Positions 13,596-25,746 of a DNA stretch of 64,000 bases are shown in pieces. The DNA lies in the NCBI GenBank assembly GCA_951406725.2, contig OX597833.1:35898001-35962000 (forward strand). Direction: 5' to 3'. Source of the DNA: Octopus vulgaris. Lineage: Eukaryota. The notes under the pieces were generated by a model that was not told the origin of the DNA, did no database searches, and worked only from the letters and a program-made list of their open reading frames with translations. Made by a program: the position numbers and the translations under genes. The stretch's first letter is position 1, and each line of letters starts with the position of its first letter.

Positions 13596-14077
13596 TATAT
13601 GTGTGTGTGTATGTAATTATGTATATATATATACATATGTATATACAGGCATGTTTATACATATATTTATATGTACAGTATATGTATTCATACATACACA
13701 CACACTCATATTTTCTAACGTAGATATCAGTAATCATAGGTCTATAAATATGTATATAACCATTTAGTCTCATGTATCTTTATAACTAATGTGTGGATGC
13801 GTGTGAATGTACAGGGTGTGGTATCGGTTAATTCATCCTTTGTAATTCTCTCAGTGTTATTAATTATATAAGTGATTCTATATAATTAATTACTAATGGG
13901 GAACCACCTACCAGCGCCAACACCAGTACGATCCCTCAAATTTGCAACTCTCATTCAAAATAGCGGTATCAAGTTCGAGATAGGAAGGGCACATTTGGAA
14001 ATACATCACTCCGAGTTAGACAGAAACATAGGACATACACATGTATGCTAGAAATACCAGTCAACTCCTACTCTAAT

Positions 14078-14294
14078 TCTCTTTACTCTCTTTACTCTTT
14101 TACTTGTTTCAGTCATTTGACTGCGGCCATGCTGGAGCACCGCCTTTAGTCGAGCAAATCGACCCCGGGACTTATTCTTTGTAAGCCCAGTACTTATTCT
14201 ATCGGTCTCTTTTGCCGAGCCGCTAAGTGACGGGGACGTAAAAAAACGGCATCGGTTGTCAAGCAATGCTAGGGGGACAAACACAGACACACAA

Positions 14295-14337
<43 letters not shown>

Positions 14338-14500
14338 AAGATACGACAGGCTTCTTACAGTTTCCGTCTACCAAATCCACTCACAAGGCATTGGTCGGCC
14401 CGGGGCTATAGCAGAAGACACTTGCCCAAGATGCCACGCAGTGGGACTGAACCCGGAACCATGTGGTTGGTTAGCAAGCTACTTACCACACAGCCACTCC
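14078..14500 (-). mobile_element. SINE family B, full-length young copy with internal microsatellite
   Basis: Head GGAGTGGCTGTGTGGTAAG...GGTTCAGTCCC (A/B-box-like); tail GGCGGTGCTCCAGCATGGCCGCAGTCAAATGACTGAAACAAGTAAAAG; many copies in the window. Confidence 0.9.
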
Positions 14501-14681
14501 TTCAGAAGAAAGGACACATTTTAAAATACAACAGCCCATGTTATACAGAAAGACAGGATGCATGCTACTTGGACGTTGTTGACAATAACTGCTCAATTAA
14601 GACTAGTTAGGGGCAAAACAATAACAACACCAAATACAACCATTATCACCAACGCCAACACAACCTCCACCGCATATTGTT

Positions 14682-14865
14682 GATTTCAAATTTTTCGCAC
14701 AGGACCATCAATTTCGAGAGAGGTTGTAAGTCGATGATATCGATCCCAGTGTTCAACTGGTACTTGATTTATCGACCCCTAAAGGATGCAATGAAAGTCG
14801 ACCTCAGCGGAATTTGAACTCAGAGCTTAAAGACGGACGAAATATCGCTAAGGTGTTCGCCGCCT
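14682..14865 (-). mobile_element. SINE family A copy
   Basis: TTTATCGACCCC..AAGGATG..AAAGTCGACCTCAGCGGAATTTGAACTCAGA. Confidence 0.8.
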
Positions 14866-15246
14866 TATTATTAATACCACCACCACCACCACCACCACTA
14901 GCACCATCACCACAATTCAATACATTAATATGCGAATATCCATCTACAGTATCGGGTAGTTACGTGTTAGACAGCATCTCTACCACCATCATCTCCACAG
15001 TGAGTTCCACCATGTGAAACATTAGCGCCGCCATCACCACCACACCTAAATCTTGTCACTATGTGAAATACCATCATTGTCACTATCACTAGTATACCCA
15101 TATGTGAAACCCACCACCGCAACCACGCTCATCATTGCATCCAAATTCATAAACATGTGAAGCACCATTACCACTGTCATCACCGCAACCACCACATACA
15201 TTCACACGTCCTCTAACACCACTGACTGACAAAACCCAACGCTAAT

Positions 15247-15375
15247 CCGCCCCTTTTACATTATTAGCTCCCTGTTTTAAAGGGTAAGAAGAAAGCGACA
15301 GTAAAAGTGGTCCCTAAACATTTGATTGGCGCCTGTAGTAGACCAATGAAATGCAGATATGACGATAGGGGGCGG
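15247..15375. promoter_or_regulatory. candidate promoter/enhancer: GC box, two CCAAT boxes, GC box
   Basis: CCGCCC 15247, ATTGG 15325, CCAAT 15343, ATGCAGAT 15351, GGGGCGG 15369 in apparently unique sequence. Confidence 0.4.
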
Positions 15376-15792
15376 TGCCGTATGTTCACAGGGATTTTTT
15401 TAGTCAACTAGAGCGACTTCCCATTTCTCAAAGTTGGTGTTGTGTGTATGTATGTATGTGTGTGTGTATATGTGTGTGTATGCATGTGTGTGTATGTGTG
15501 TGAAGGCGTGTGTGTGGATATGAATATGTGTGAATATATATGTGTGTTTGTGTGTGTATGTTTGTGCATACGTGTGAGTATGCGCGCAAGTGTGTGCGTA
15601 GGTGTAAGGTTTAAAATACCTTCAGTCTTTGAAAACTTTTAGTAATTAGAGGACAGGCCATGTGGGAGCAATGCAGTCACTTGCATTACTCGATTTTATC
15701 AAAGGCTGTAGTTCGAGTGTTAAAATTTTATCGATGAAATATGACGATAGTTTTGCCTGCTAGATATATATACATATCTGTGTGTGTGTATG

Positions 15793-15914
<122 letters not shown>

Positions 15915-15920
15915 CATATT

Positions 15921-15962
<42 letters not shown>

Positions 15963-15987
15963 TATTTATATATATATATATATGTGT

Positions 15988-16034
<47 letters not shown>

Positions 16035-16539
16035 AGGTATATATTTATGTACTACCTGAATATCCTACTGGAAATTCCATTGTCCATAGGTGGTGACAAC
16101 CGGTTTGTCCAAACCTATCTGGTGCATATCGTTTAAATAGCCGATTATGTCAAGAATCCTTATTATATATATTTATGTATGTATATATATATATATGTAT
16201 GTATATATACATACATTTATGTTTATATATATTATATGTATATATGTATATATACATACATTTATGCTTATATATATATATATATATATATATAGATATA
16301 CATACATAAATGTATACATTTGTGTGTAGTCATATATATATATACATACATACATACATACATACATACATACAAACATACACGTATACATATGTATGTA
16401 GCCAATTCCTCCGACTAAAAGGCAATTCAAGGAAGTGCCCCAGCATGGCCACAGTCTAATAACTGAAAAAAGATAAAAGATAAAACATATATATATACAC
16501 ACACACATATATATCTATATATCTATATATATATACAGC

Positions 16540-16770
16540 TTTTATTTTTTTGTCTGCTTGAATCATTAGACTGCGGCCATGATGGGGGACAACCTTAAAA
16601 AGCTTTTTAGTCGGGTGAATCGACCTCAGAAACATTTTTTTTAAAGACTGGTACTTTTTCTATCGGTCTCTTTTTGGCGAACCGGTTGGCTACTGGGACG
16701 TAAGCAAAGCAACATCAGTTATCGAATGGTGATGGGGGACAAACACAGACACAAAGGTACAAATAAATAC
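16540..16770 (-). mobile_element. SINE family B 3' half
   Basis: Matches 14090-14300. Confidence 0.75.
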
Positions 16771-16793
16771 ACACACACACAGACACACACATG

Positions 16794-16838
<45 letters not shown>

Positions 16839-16890
16839 ATATGTGTGTGTATATATATGTATATATATATACATATACATATGAAAACAT

Positions 16891-16953
<63 letters not shown>

Positions 16954-17043
16954 TATGTATGTATATATGTGTATGTATTCATCTATATATGGGTAGATAG
17001 ATAGATATATAGATAGATAGAAAGATAGATAAATAGATAGATG

Positions 17044-17074
<31 letters not shown>

Positions 17075-17075
17075 C

Positions 17076-17152
<77 letters not shown>

Positions 17153-17669
17153 GTAGGTAGATAGATAGCAGTTGGGGATAATTATAAATGTTTGGTGAAA
17201 TAACATCAAGTATCAAAATATCGCCAAAACTGATCAACTATTAAGAAATAAATCTTATCGGCTGGAGACAACAGAACAACTGTGAATAAATGCATCTCAC
17301 CCGAATACATATATAAGAAGCAGTGTTGTCCTAACATTTCTCGAGCAAATATAATACTTATACATATACATATACATTAAAAGTAGAACTCGTTATGAAG
17401 TAGGTAATTTGTATTGAATTAAAACGAAAATTAACTATGAGAAATAAATCAAAATGGTTGGTGGCATGCATTTGAACAAGAAAGAATAAATATATGAACA
17501 TTAAATACATGACTAAATAAATTCTAAAGTTTGCCCTTATAATTCTTGCCTTCCCAGTTGCCAAGTTATTAATTCTCTTAGCGCATTTTCTTTGAAAATA
17601 TGCGAGTTTTCTACCTTATAATATATTATATGTGTATAAATATGTATGTGTGTAGAGTGTTTGAGTAGG

Positions 17670-17724
<55 letters not shown>

Positions 17725-18057
17725 TGTGTGTGTGCGTGTGTGTGCGTGCGTGCGTGCGAATGTTGTGTAGTTGTGAAGTCCGCTGGAAACAGGTGGTACA
17801 ACTCGTGTGGTGACTACCTAATTGGGACACAAATATGTGTTTCCAATTGTGCTGTAGTTTGAATTTCTTTTTCAAGAAAGAGCATGTCACATTTAGAGAG
17901 GTCTTCATATTTGTAATAGTTTCTCCTCATTTGGAACCTGTCCTATTTGCCTTCTCCTCCAGAAATATTTTCAAATGACCCCAAATTTATCTGTATGGTA
18001 TTTAACATAACATATATATATATGACTTATATATACGACTTTAACATGTCTTATATA

Positions 18058-18298
18058 TCGCTGGTCACAATGCGCTTCGCATTGTTTTAGCCTTCAAATG
18101 AAGCCATCCCGCTGGCTAAGTGAGCAGGCCAACAGAAGAAAGAATGAGAGAAAGTTGTGGCGAAAGAGTACAGCAGGGATCGCCACCACCCCCCTGCCGG
18201 AGCTTTAGGTGTTTTTCGCTCAATAAAAACTCACAACGCCTGGTCTGGGAATCGAAACAGCGATCCTACGACCGCGAGTCCGCTACCCTAACCTTGGG
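18058..18298 (-). mobile_element. SINE family C (tRNA-like head), tail type 1
   Basis: Shares the GAGAGAAAGTTGTGGCGAAAGAG body with 32233 and 63516; tail matches 37017-37095. Confidence 0.85.
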
Positions 18299-18444
18299 CT
18301 GATGTAATCGATTTACATCCATCCCGAAATTTCTGGTCTTGTGCAAAATATGAAGCCAGAATTTAAAAGCAACTAGAGAGACTGAAGGTAGAACCATGTG
18401 GTTGGGAAGCAAATTTCTGAAGCATACAGTCATTCTTGCACCTA

Positions 18445-18519
<75 letters not shown>

Positions 18520-18738
18520 TGTGCGTGGTTACATTTGTTGTTAAATCGAGTATTGTGTCCCACTATGTCACAAAGCAGTTCATCCAGCAGAGATCTATAA
18601 AATAGATATCAGATTGATATCTATTTTTTTAAAGTGATATCCCATCATGGTGACAGTCGAATCCACAAGGAACATACGCACACACGCACACACACACACA
18701 CACACATACAGACAGACTCTGTTTTATATATTAAGATA

Positions 18739-19373
18739 AGGCTGTGAATTAGCAGAATCGCTAGCAGGTTGAACAAAATGCTTAGCGGCAGTTCGTCCGT
18801 CAGTACGTTCTGAGATCAAATTCTGCCAAAGTCGACCTTGCCTTTCAACCATTCGGTCCTGATAAAATACGCACCAGTTGAACTTAGGGGTCGATGTAAT
18901 TGACTTACCTCTTGCGCGAAGTCGCTGGCCTATTGGCAGATTCTGAAATCAATTTTTAAAGGCATTAAGACGGGTGAGCTGGCAGAATCTTTAACACACA
19001 TGGCAAACATTCTTAACACCACTTCATCCGTGTTTAAGTTCTGAGCTCAAATTTTGCTGGGTTCGACTTTGTAGTTCATCTTTTAGTGGTAGTTAGACAC
19101 CGAGATCGATGTGATCGTCTTAACCCTCCCCCGAAATTGCTAGCCTTGTGAAAAAATTTGAGAAAAAGGCTGGGAACTGGCAGAATGGTTACAGCGTCAG
19201 AAAAGTGCTTAGCAGCTTTTCTTCCGACTTTACCTTCTGAGTTCCAATGCCATCGAGGTGGACTTTGCCTCTCATCCTTTCGGGGTCGATAAAATAAGTA
19301 CCAGGTCGTTGTAATCGACTTATCATCCCCTTTCGAGAAATTGCTGTCCTAGTCCCAAAATTTGAAACCAATA
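18739..19373 (+). mobile_element. three head-to-tail SINE family A copies
   Basis: Starts at ~18739, ~18968 and ~19167, each with GCAGAAT...TTCTGAG...TCGAC...GAAATTGCT-like...AAATTTGA blocks. Confidence 0.85.
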
Positions 19374-19563
19374 TTTAAATGCAATTTTGAGAATAACAAC
19401 GGAACACTTACCGATACTGGGATTCGAAACGAAATTTAAAACTGCTAACTGTCTTTTATGTTTCCTTTGGCATCTTTTTTAACCTTTTCAGGAAGTGAAA
19501 TTTAATTTATAGTTACCACGTATTATACGGTGCAGATTTCACACACACACACACACACACATA

Positions 19564-19787
19564 CAGTAATCCCTCGACTATCGTCGGTCTTACGTTCCAA
19601 ACCCTTTCCCCCGCGATAGATGAAAATCCGCGAAGTAGTAACAGTACTGTACTGTATATTTTTTTGTATCTTTATAATTTGTATATATTTTTTTTATTAT
19701 AAGTGCAAAAGAACACCACGGAGGAATCGAAGTAAGCTTAAAGAATAAACTGCGATAGGTGAACCGCGATATGGCGAGGGATTACTG
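19564..19787. mobile_element. pogo/Tigger-type MITE
   Basis: TIR CAGTAATCCCTCG / CGAGGGATTACTG with TA on both sides. Confidence 0.88.
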
Positions 19788-19826
19788 TATATATATTACT
19801 GTATATATTTATATTTATATCTTTGA

Positions 19827-20196
19827 CAGGTATACAGACAGAAGAACAGGGCGCCTCTGCATAGTACCAAAATTCCAACATTGCCATCAAGATACAGGAC
19901 CAGATACTGCAACAACTTGGGTTGTAAGGGCCCACAACTATCATCAATATCCTCCCACAAAGCCTGAGAGACCTACATGGGGTGAATATAGTAATCTTCA
20001 AACATAAAACTGGACCTCCTCTTGTCAAGAGTTCCAGATGAGCCTATCTAGCGGCAAGAAACGCAAATGAGGACACAACAGCAAAATCCCTCATTCAGCA
20101 AATACCACACATCAGAGGAGGTTTAGTGAAAGGGTAGCAAAGGAAATGGAGGTGCCCCAGCATGGCTGCAGCTACCTTGAAATACTAAAGAGTAAA
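19827..20196 (+). mobile_element. CR1-like LINE 3' end (ORF2 C-terminus and 3' UTR)
   Basis: RTGRLCIVP, GPQL, NILPQSLRDL, LDLLLSRVPDEP across frameshifts; then GGAGGTGCCCCAGCATGGCTGCAG tail. Confidence 0.75.
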
Positions 20197-20280
20197 TTTA
20201 TTCAATAAAATCGCCTTTGGCTTCGACCACGGACTCCAGACAAATTCTGAACCTCCTGCAAATCTTGTTTCTTCTACCAG

Positions 20281-20535
20281 AACAGGACAGTGAGAACAAA
20301 ACGGCGAGGGCTGTTCAGCCATGGCGATAGAAAAATTATTATGAACGCTAGGAAGACGAGCTTATGAAAGGAGCTCATTGCCTTCCTAAAGACAAAACGT
20401 GCTTATACTGTCTCCTTTCATAAGCTCGTGTTCTTAGCGTTCATAATACTTTTTCTATCGTCTTGACTTACCGTTTGTTTTTACTGTTTTGTTCTCACTG
20501 TCCTGTTTTTACTGTTTTGTTCTCACTGTCCTGTT
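20281..20535. repeat. foldback inverted repeat within a Penelope-like repeat
   Basis: Arms 20325-20373 / 20412-20460; outer arm 20281-20302 pairs with 20486-20507, which is duplicated at 20514-20535. Confidence 0.85.
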
Positions 20536-20817
20536 CATGTTACCACTTTCACCCTCCGCAAAAAATCCCAAATTTTATTTAATTTGCTTTGCGGGAAGGA
20601 CTGTTTCAACGAAGTCGCGTAATGTCCTTGCCTTCGAACGTGGAGTAGATGAAACAGGGGCAACTGAAGAAAGGGAATGTTCTTTTTGTTGCATGTCTCG
20701 TTTCTCCATTTGTTTTTTTTTTCGTTGTTTCAAAAAACGTTCGTCTCTATGCTTTTGTTTTTATGTTTTTGTTTCGCATTGTGTTCAACGTTTTTCTTTT
20801 TTGATGTCCTGTACCCA

Positions 20818-20909
<92 letters not shown>

Positions 20910-21004
20910 GGTATGTACATATATGTATGTATATATGCATATATTTATATATTATTTATATTATTATACGATCGAACGCCACGCATCCTTTTCCAAGTAA
21001 GTTT

Positions 21005-21040
<36 letters not shown>

Positions 21041-21041
<1 letters not shown>

Positions 21042-21363
21042 ACGGAGCACTCCGTCGGTTACGATGACACGGGTCCCAGATAATACGATCAACGGAATAG
21101 CTTGCTCATAAAATTAACGTGTAAGTGGGTGAGCACTCCACAGACACGTGTACCCTTAACGTAATTCTCAGTGAGATTCAGCAAGACACAGAGTGTGACA
21201 AGGCTGGCCCTTTGAAATACAGGTACTAACCATTTTTGCCAGTTGAATGGACTGGAGCAACGTGAAATAAAGTGTCTTGCTCAAGGACACAACGCGTCGA
21301 CGGGAATTGAACTCAAGACCTTACGATCGTGAGTGGAATGCCGTAACCACTTAGCCACTCTCC
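21041..21363 (-). mobile_element. SINE family D (tRNA head plus CORE-like domain)
   Basis: Minus: GTGGCTAAGTGGTTA...GAGTTCAATTCCC, then GTTGTGTCCTTGAGCAAGACACTTTA (CORE-like). Confidence 0.8.
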
Positions 21364-22319
21364 TTATACAGATAGATAAATGTGTATATATGTAATACCC
21401 AAAACAGTCACACCTTTTCCCCTTTTCACTCATGGCATGGTGTAGTTCAAGCGTATCATTTCCAAGGCCTTCCGTATTAGTCTTCTGTGTGGCCCATTAG
21501 GTTACCATAGTCTATGGACGCCACGAACTTCTCTGTTGCCTCAGAAACTATCCAATTTCTTTCAGTCCATATCTCTGAAGAGAATGAATGTATGTTGGAT
21601 TAAATAGTTAACAGCATTTTGTCCATATCGAAGTTCATCCATCTTTAAGTACGGTCCTCACTTTGCTATCTTTGCACTGCTCAATTACTGATGGGATTAG
21701 CATCTCTAATAGAGATGATAAGCGAGGCAATGTAACACACGTAAAAGAGAAACAGAAGGAAGTGAGAAAAGGATCCCAGCCCCTAACAAATATCGATGTT
21801 ACCTTTCCTTTTAATTGTCGCAACTCGTGTCACTGTAACGTCATACAACTTCAGTGACCACTACAATTTGGGGTACAAAGCAAATTATAAATACCAGGGT
21901 TTGAACCTACAAGGCAGAAAGTTTCATCGGTCAATAAGAGGCCATCTTTTTTCTAAATTTTGATTTCCTCAATGATATCGTTAAGCAATCCACATTACAG
22001 CTGTCTGCAATGCACGATTGATGCAGCCATTAGCTATCAACAATATTATAACCCATCTGGCAACAATGACAAGGAATATTTTCCCACCTACTTTTAAATA
22101 GAGAAATTGGCCTGAATTAAAGAGTTGATGAGTTCTGTCCTTTGGAAATGTAGACACCTTCTGCTCAAGTTCATCGGCTCATAGTCACCAGCTCTTTCCA
22201 AATTGTTCGGAGAATGAAAAATAATTTGTTGGTCAGAGTGGAACACTTTCTGTAGAATTTGTAAGGCACACCATCTTGTTCTGATACATTCTTCAATCGT
22301 GTACTTTTGATAAGGTCCC

Positions 22320-22375
<56 letters not shown>

Positions 22376-22913
22376 GGAAGTGACATAGGTAATTATGCAA
22401 AGAGCTTCATTAGCTTACAGCTGTTTCCGCTATAATGTGCAGTGCACTCAGAACTGAGTGCTTGTGCATACATACGCACAAACTGAAACTTGCGAGGAAA
22501 TCTCACATTTCTTCAAGATGCGAACGCTACCTTAACAAACGTTTTGTACAAAATAATAAAGATAGTAAAGGCGTATGCAGGAAATTACGTGTCGCTTACC
22601 ACCTTAGTTATATAGGGACGATCTTGGCCAAATATTGTCTACTTCTTCGTGATAATATAAGGTCATGTTTTTAAATGGCGTGGGTGCATTTTTCAGTCAG
22701 TGGTGGAGCAAGGATGGGTAATATAACTGATCCTACTCTGTTTAATAGATATTTCATAAATTGTTCAGATGCTCTCTACGATCGCTGTGAAAATATTTAT
22801 GTATGTTACCGCACAACTGGTAAATAATTGAATCGTAGACATCTTAATTATAGATCACTCTTATTTGTATTTCTGAGAGGAGGCCTCTCGTGTGCAATTG
22901 ACTGTAATATCGC

Positions 22914-23120
22914 TTTCAAATTTTGGCACAAGGCCAGCAATTTCGGGGTCGGGGTAAAACGATTACACCGACAGCAGTGCTTAAATGGTACTTATTTAAT
23001 TGATCCCAAAAGGTGAAAAGCAAAATTGGCCTCGGTACAATTTGAACTCAGAGCATAAAGAAAAGCGAAACGCCACTAAGTATTTCGCCTGGCATGCTTA
23101 CGATTCTGCCAGCTTGCTGC
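22914..23120 (-). mobile_element. SINE family A copy
   Basis: Aligns with the reverse complement of 19167-19373. Confidence 0.8.
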
Positions 23121-23229
23121 CAGACTGCCGAGTGTAATATCGACGGACATAATGGAAAAGATCTTGAAACTCATACCGATAAAACGACGCGTAACATATT
23201 AGGCTTCATAGTAAATCTTGATAAAATGG

Positions 23230-23600
23230 ATATTATTTATGAGCACAGCTCTAGAAAGTCTCGTGTGTCTCCTAAAATACCAGTATATCTTAAAGCTACG
23301 GAAAACATATTTTTCTGTAAATATTTAACGACCGTATATGAAACAGACAGACAAATCTTGATGATCAAAAAGCAGATAGATGAACATTTGTTAAGTAAAT
23401 TGCAACGAAATATGGACAATAACAACAAAATATTCAGTTCAAAACAGGCATTGTGTCTATTTTGTTGTAGGGCAGAGAAACATGGACATTTTATTGAAGA
23501 CATGTTAAACACTTCGACTGTTTTCATCTGAAGTAACTTTGACAAATTTTGCAAATGTCTGGAGAAAGTAAGCGAGTATTGTTGAGGTCTAAAAATTAGC
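23230..23600 (+). mobile_element. possible decayed CGGBP1-like / hAT transposase N-terminus
   Basis: ORF 23094-23531: RVSP..YLKATENIFFCKY...IDEHLLSK...SKQ...FIED...LEKV resembles the CGGBP1-type BED finger region. Confidence 0.35.
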
Positions 23601-23797
23601 GAAAGTTTAAATCATAGAAGCTCTCTTGTGAGTTGGCAAGCTGAGATGTGCAGCCATATATTTTGTATGGAAAATTAGTGAATTCCAAAGCGTCTAGACT
23701 TTACAGATCTATGTTCTGGGGAAAACCTTTCATCATGCACCGAATAACTTCTGGAAGAAGTTAATATTCTTAAAGAAGGAAAATATTTGAAATTGTA

Positions 23798-24181
23798 GGC
23801 GCAGATGTGGTTGTGTAGATAAGCTTCCTTCTCAAGCACATGGTTCCAGGTTCAGTTCAACTGCATGGCTGTCGGGGCATATGTCTGCTGCTACAGCTTC
23901 GGGCCTACCAAAGCCTTGAGAGTGGATTTGGTAGACGGAAACTGAAAGAAGCCTGTTGTATACACACTCGCGCGCGTCTTCGTGTTTGTGTTTTCCTCCA
24001 CCATCGCTTGACAACTGATGCTGTTGTATTTACGCCCTCGTATTGTAGTGTGGTTCGGCAAATGAAATCGACAGAATAAGTATCCGGCTTAAAAAAGTAA
24101 GTACTGGGGTCGATTCATTCGGCTAGAATTCAAGGCGGTGCCCCAGCATGGCCGCAGTCTAATCACTGGAACAAGTAAAAA
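23798..24181 (+). mobile_element. SINE family B full-length copy
   Basis: Head, GGATTTGGTAGACGGAAACTG body and GGCGGTGCCCCAGCATGG tail. Confidence 0.88.
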
Positions 24182-24333
24182 CAAATTAAAAAAAGCATCA
24201 TAAAGAAAAAAACACTCATATATGTGAAAGTATACATATCTATGCATTTTAAAGAGAATCGCAGTGAACGCGGAAACATATATAATGAAACAGACACAAC
24301 ATACTCTTTCTGTGATTTTGAGGCGGGTCAGCG

Positions 24334-24393
<60 letters not shown>

Positions 24394-24396
24394 TGT

Positions 24397-24427
<31 letters not shown>

Positions 24428-25619
24428 CATAGCTGTCACTCGCAAGCTAGCCTCACTTGATAACATGCATACTTCTTTCGTTAGTTATCATATGTGCCTA
24501 TGTAGTCGCGAGCAAACATAAACACACCCTCGAAGAAAACTAACCCTGGATGTAAGAACTTAATTTTTGGAACAAATAAGAATACTTCATGGTCTTGACA
24601 ACTCCGATAACCACAATGGCTTACACAACAGTAGAATTAAAAAAAAGAAGAGAAGGACTTAGATGTATGCGTAGCATACACAACTCAGCGAGAGAACTCG
24701 GAAAGAGCATCTAATTTTTGTAGGCCTGAGATTGTAGCATGCTGCTAAGTAGAAAGCCTTTCTGTTGGATGTAGTTTAGTATAAAAAGCAGCTCTTACAG
24801 AAGATTTGCAGATGGTCGACAACTAATTAGGTTTAGATACATTCTCGCTCCAAGAACAAGGTTAACAATCTAGGATGGCAGAAAAATCATCCAAAATCTT
24901 GACACCTAACATTTCTATAACGTTGTCCAAGACTAGTGAAGCTGAGGTTCACAATTGCTTTCTGAATATGACTGGGGATATTTTATTAGCAAAATATACA
25001 AAATTGTTTCGATTCCTCTGAAGGATGTTTTCGTGGCCTGGCTACATTGAGTCAATGAGAGCCTGGTGAGCAGTTTTCATGTCACATATGGGTGACGTCT
25101 AGGTACAGAAAAAGACGGAAGAATCAGTTGGTTGGAGGAATGCTGCGACCCAGTTTGGCTGATATGAGAGCATCGAAAATGTGCAGGAGGCTGAAGACGT
25201 TTTGCAGATTGAGAATACGCGACCGTAGCCATCGACGTGAAAAACAGATAAAAGCAACGTATGATTCTGTATGATTTATAGATGGTCCGATTGTAAATCA
25301 TTATCACTAAGGCATCATTTTGTTTCTTCTCCTACGATCGGTTCTTGTATATGCACTGAGAATGTATGTATGTATGTATGTATGTATGTATGTATGTATG
25401 TATGTATATATGTATGTATATATATATATATATATATGTATATAACCACGTGTGTATATAAACACACTTACATTTGTGTTTTAGAAGCGTCGAATGTGTA
25501 TCGTACGATACAAACAAAATAGTGATATTTCGAACGCAGTATCGCCATTACAACAGCAGAAAAATGGGTATTATTACCCTTACAAGGCAGAAAAAGAGAT
25601 AGATGGAAAGACTAGCAGA

Positions 25620-25746
<127 letters not shown>

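Noticed and set aside
21990-22300. Tc1-like fragment on the minus strand (EQDGVP...WENIP); similar hint at 17780-18000
   Set aside because: Only two short motifs; needs a profile search
24850-25260. RTE LINE 3' remnant (similar hints at 21430-21730 and 55990-56250)
   Set aside because: Motif similarity too faint to support by eye
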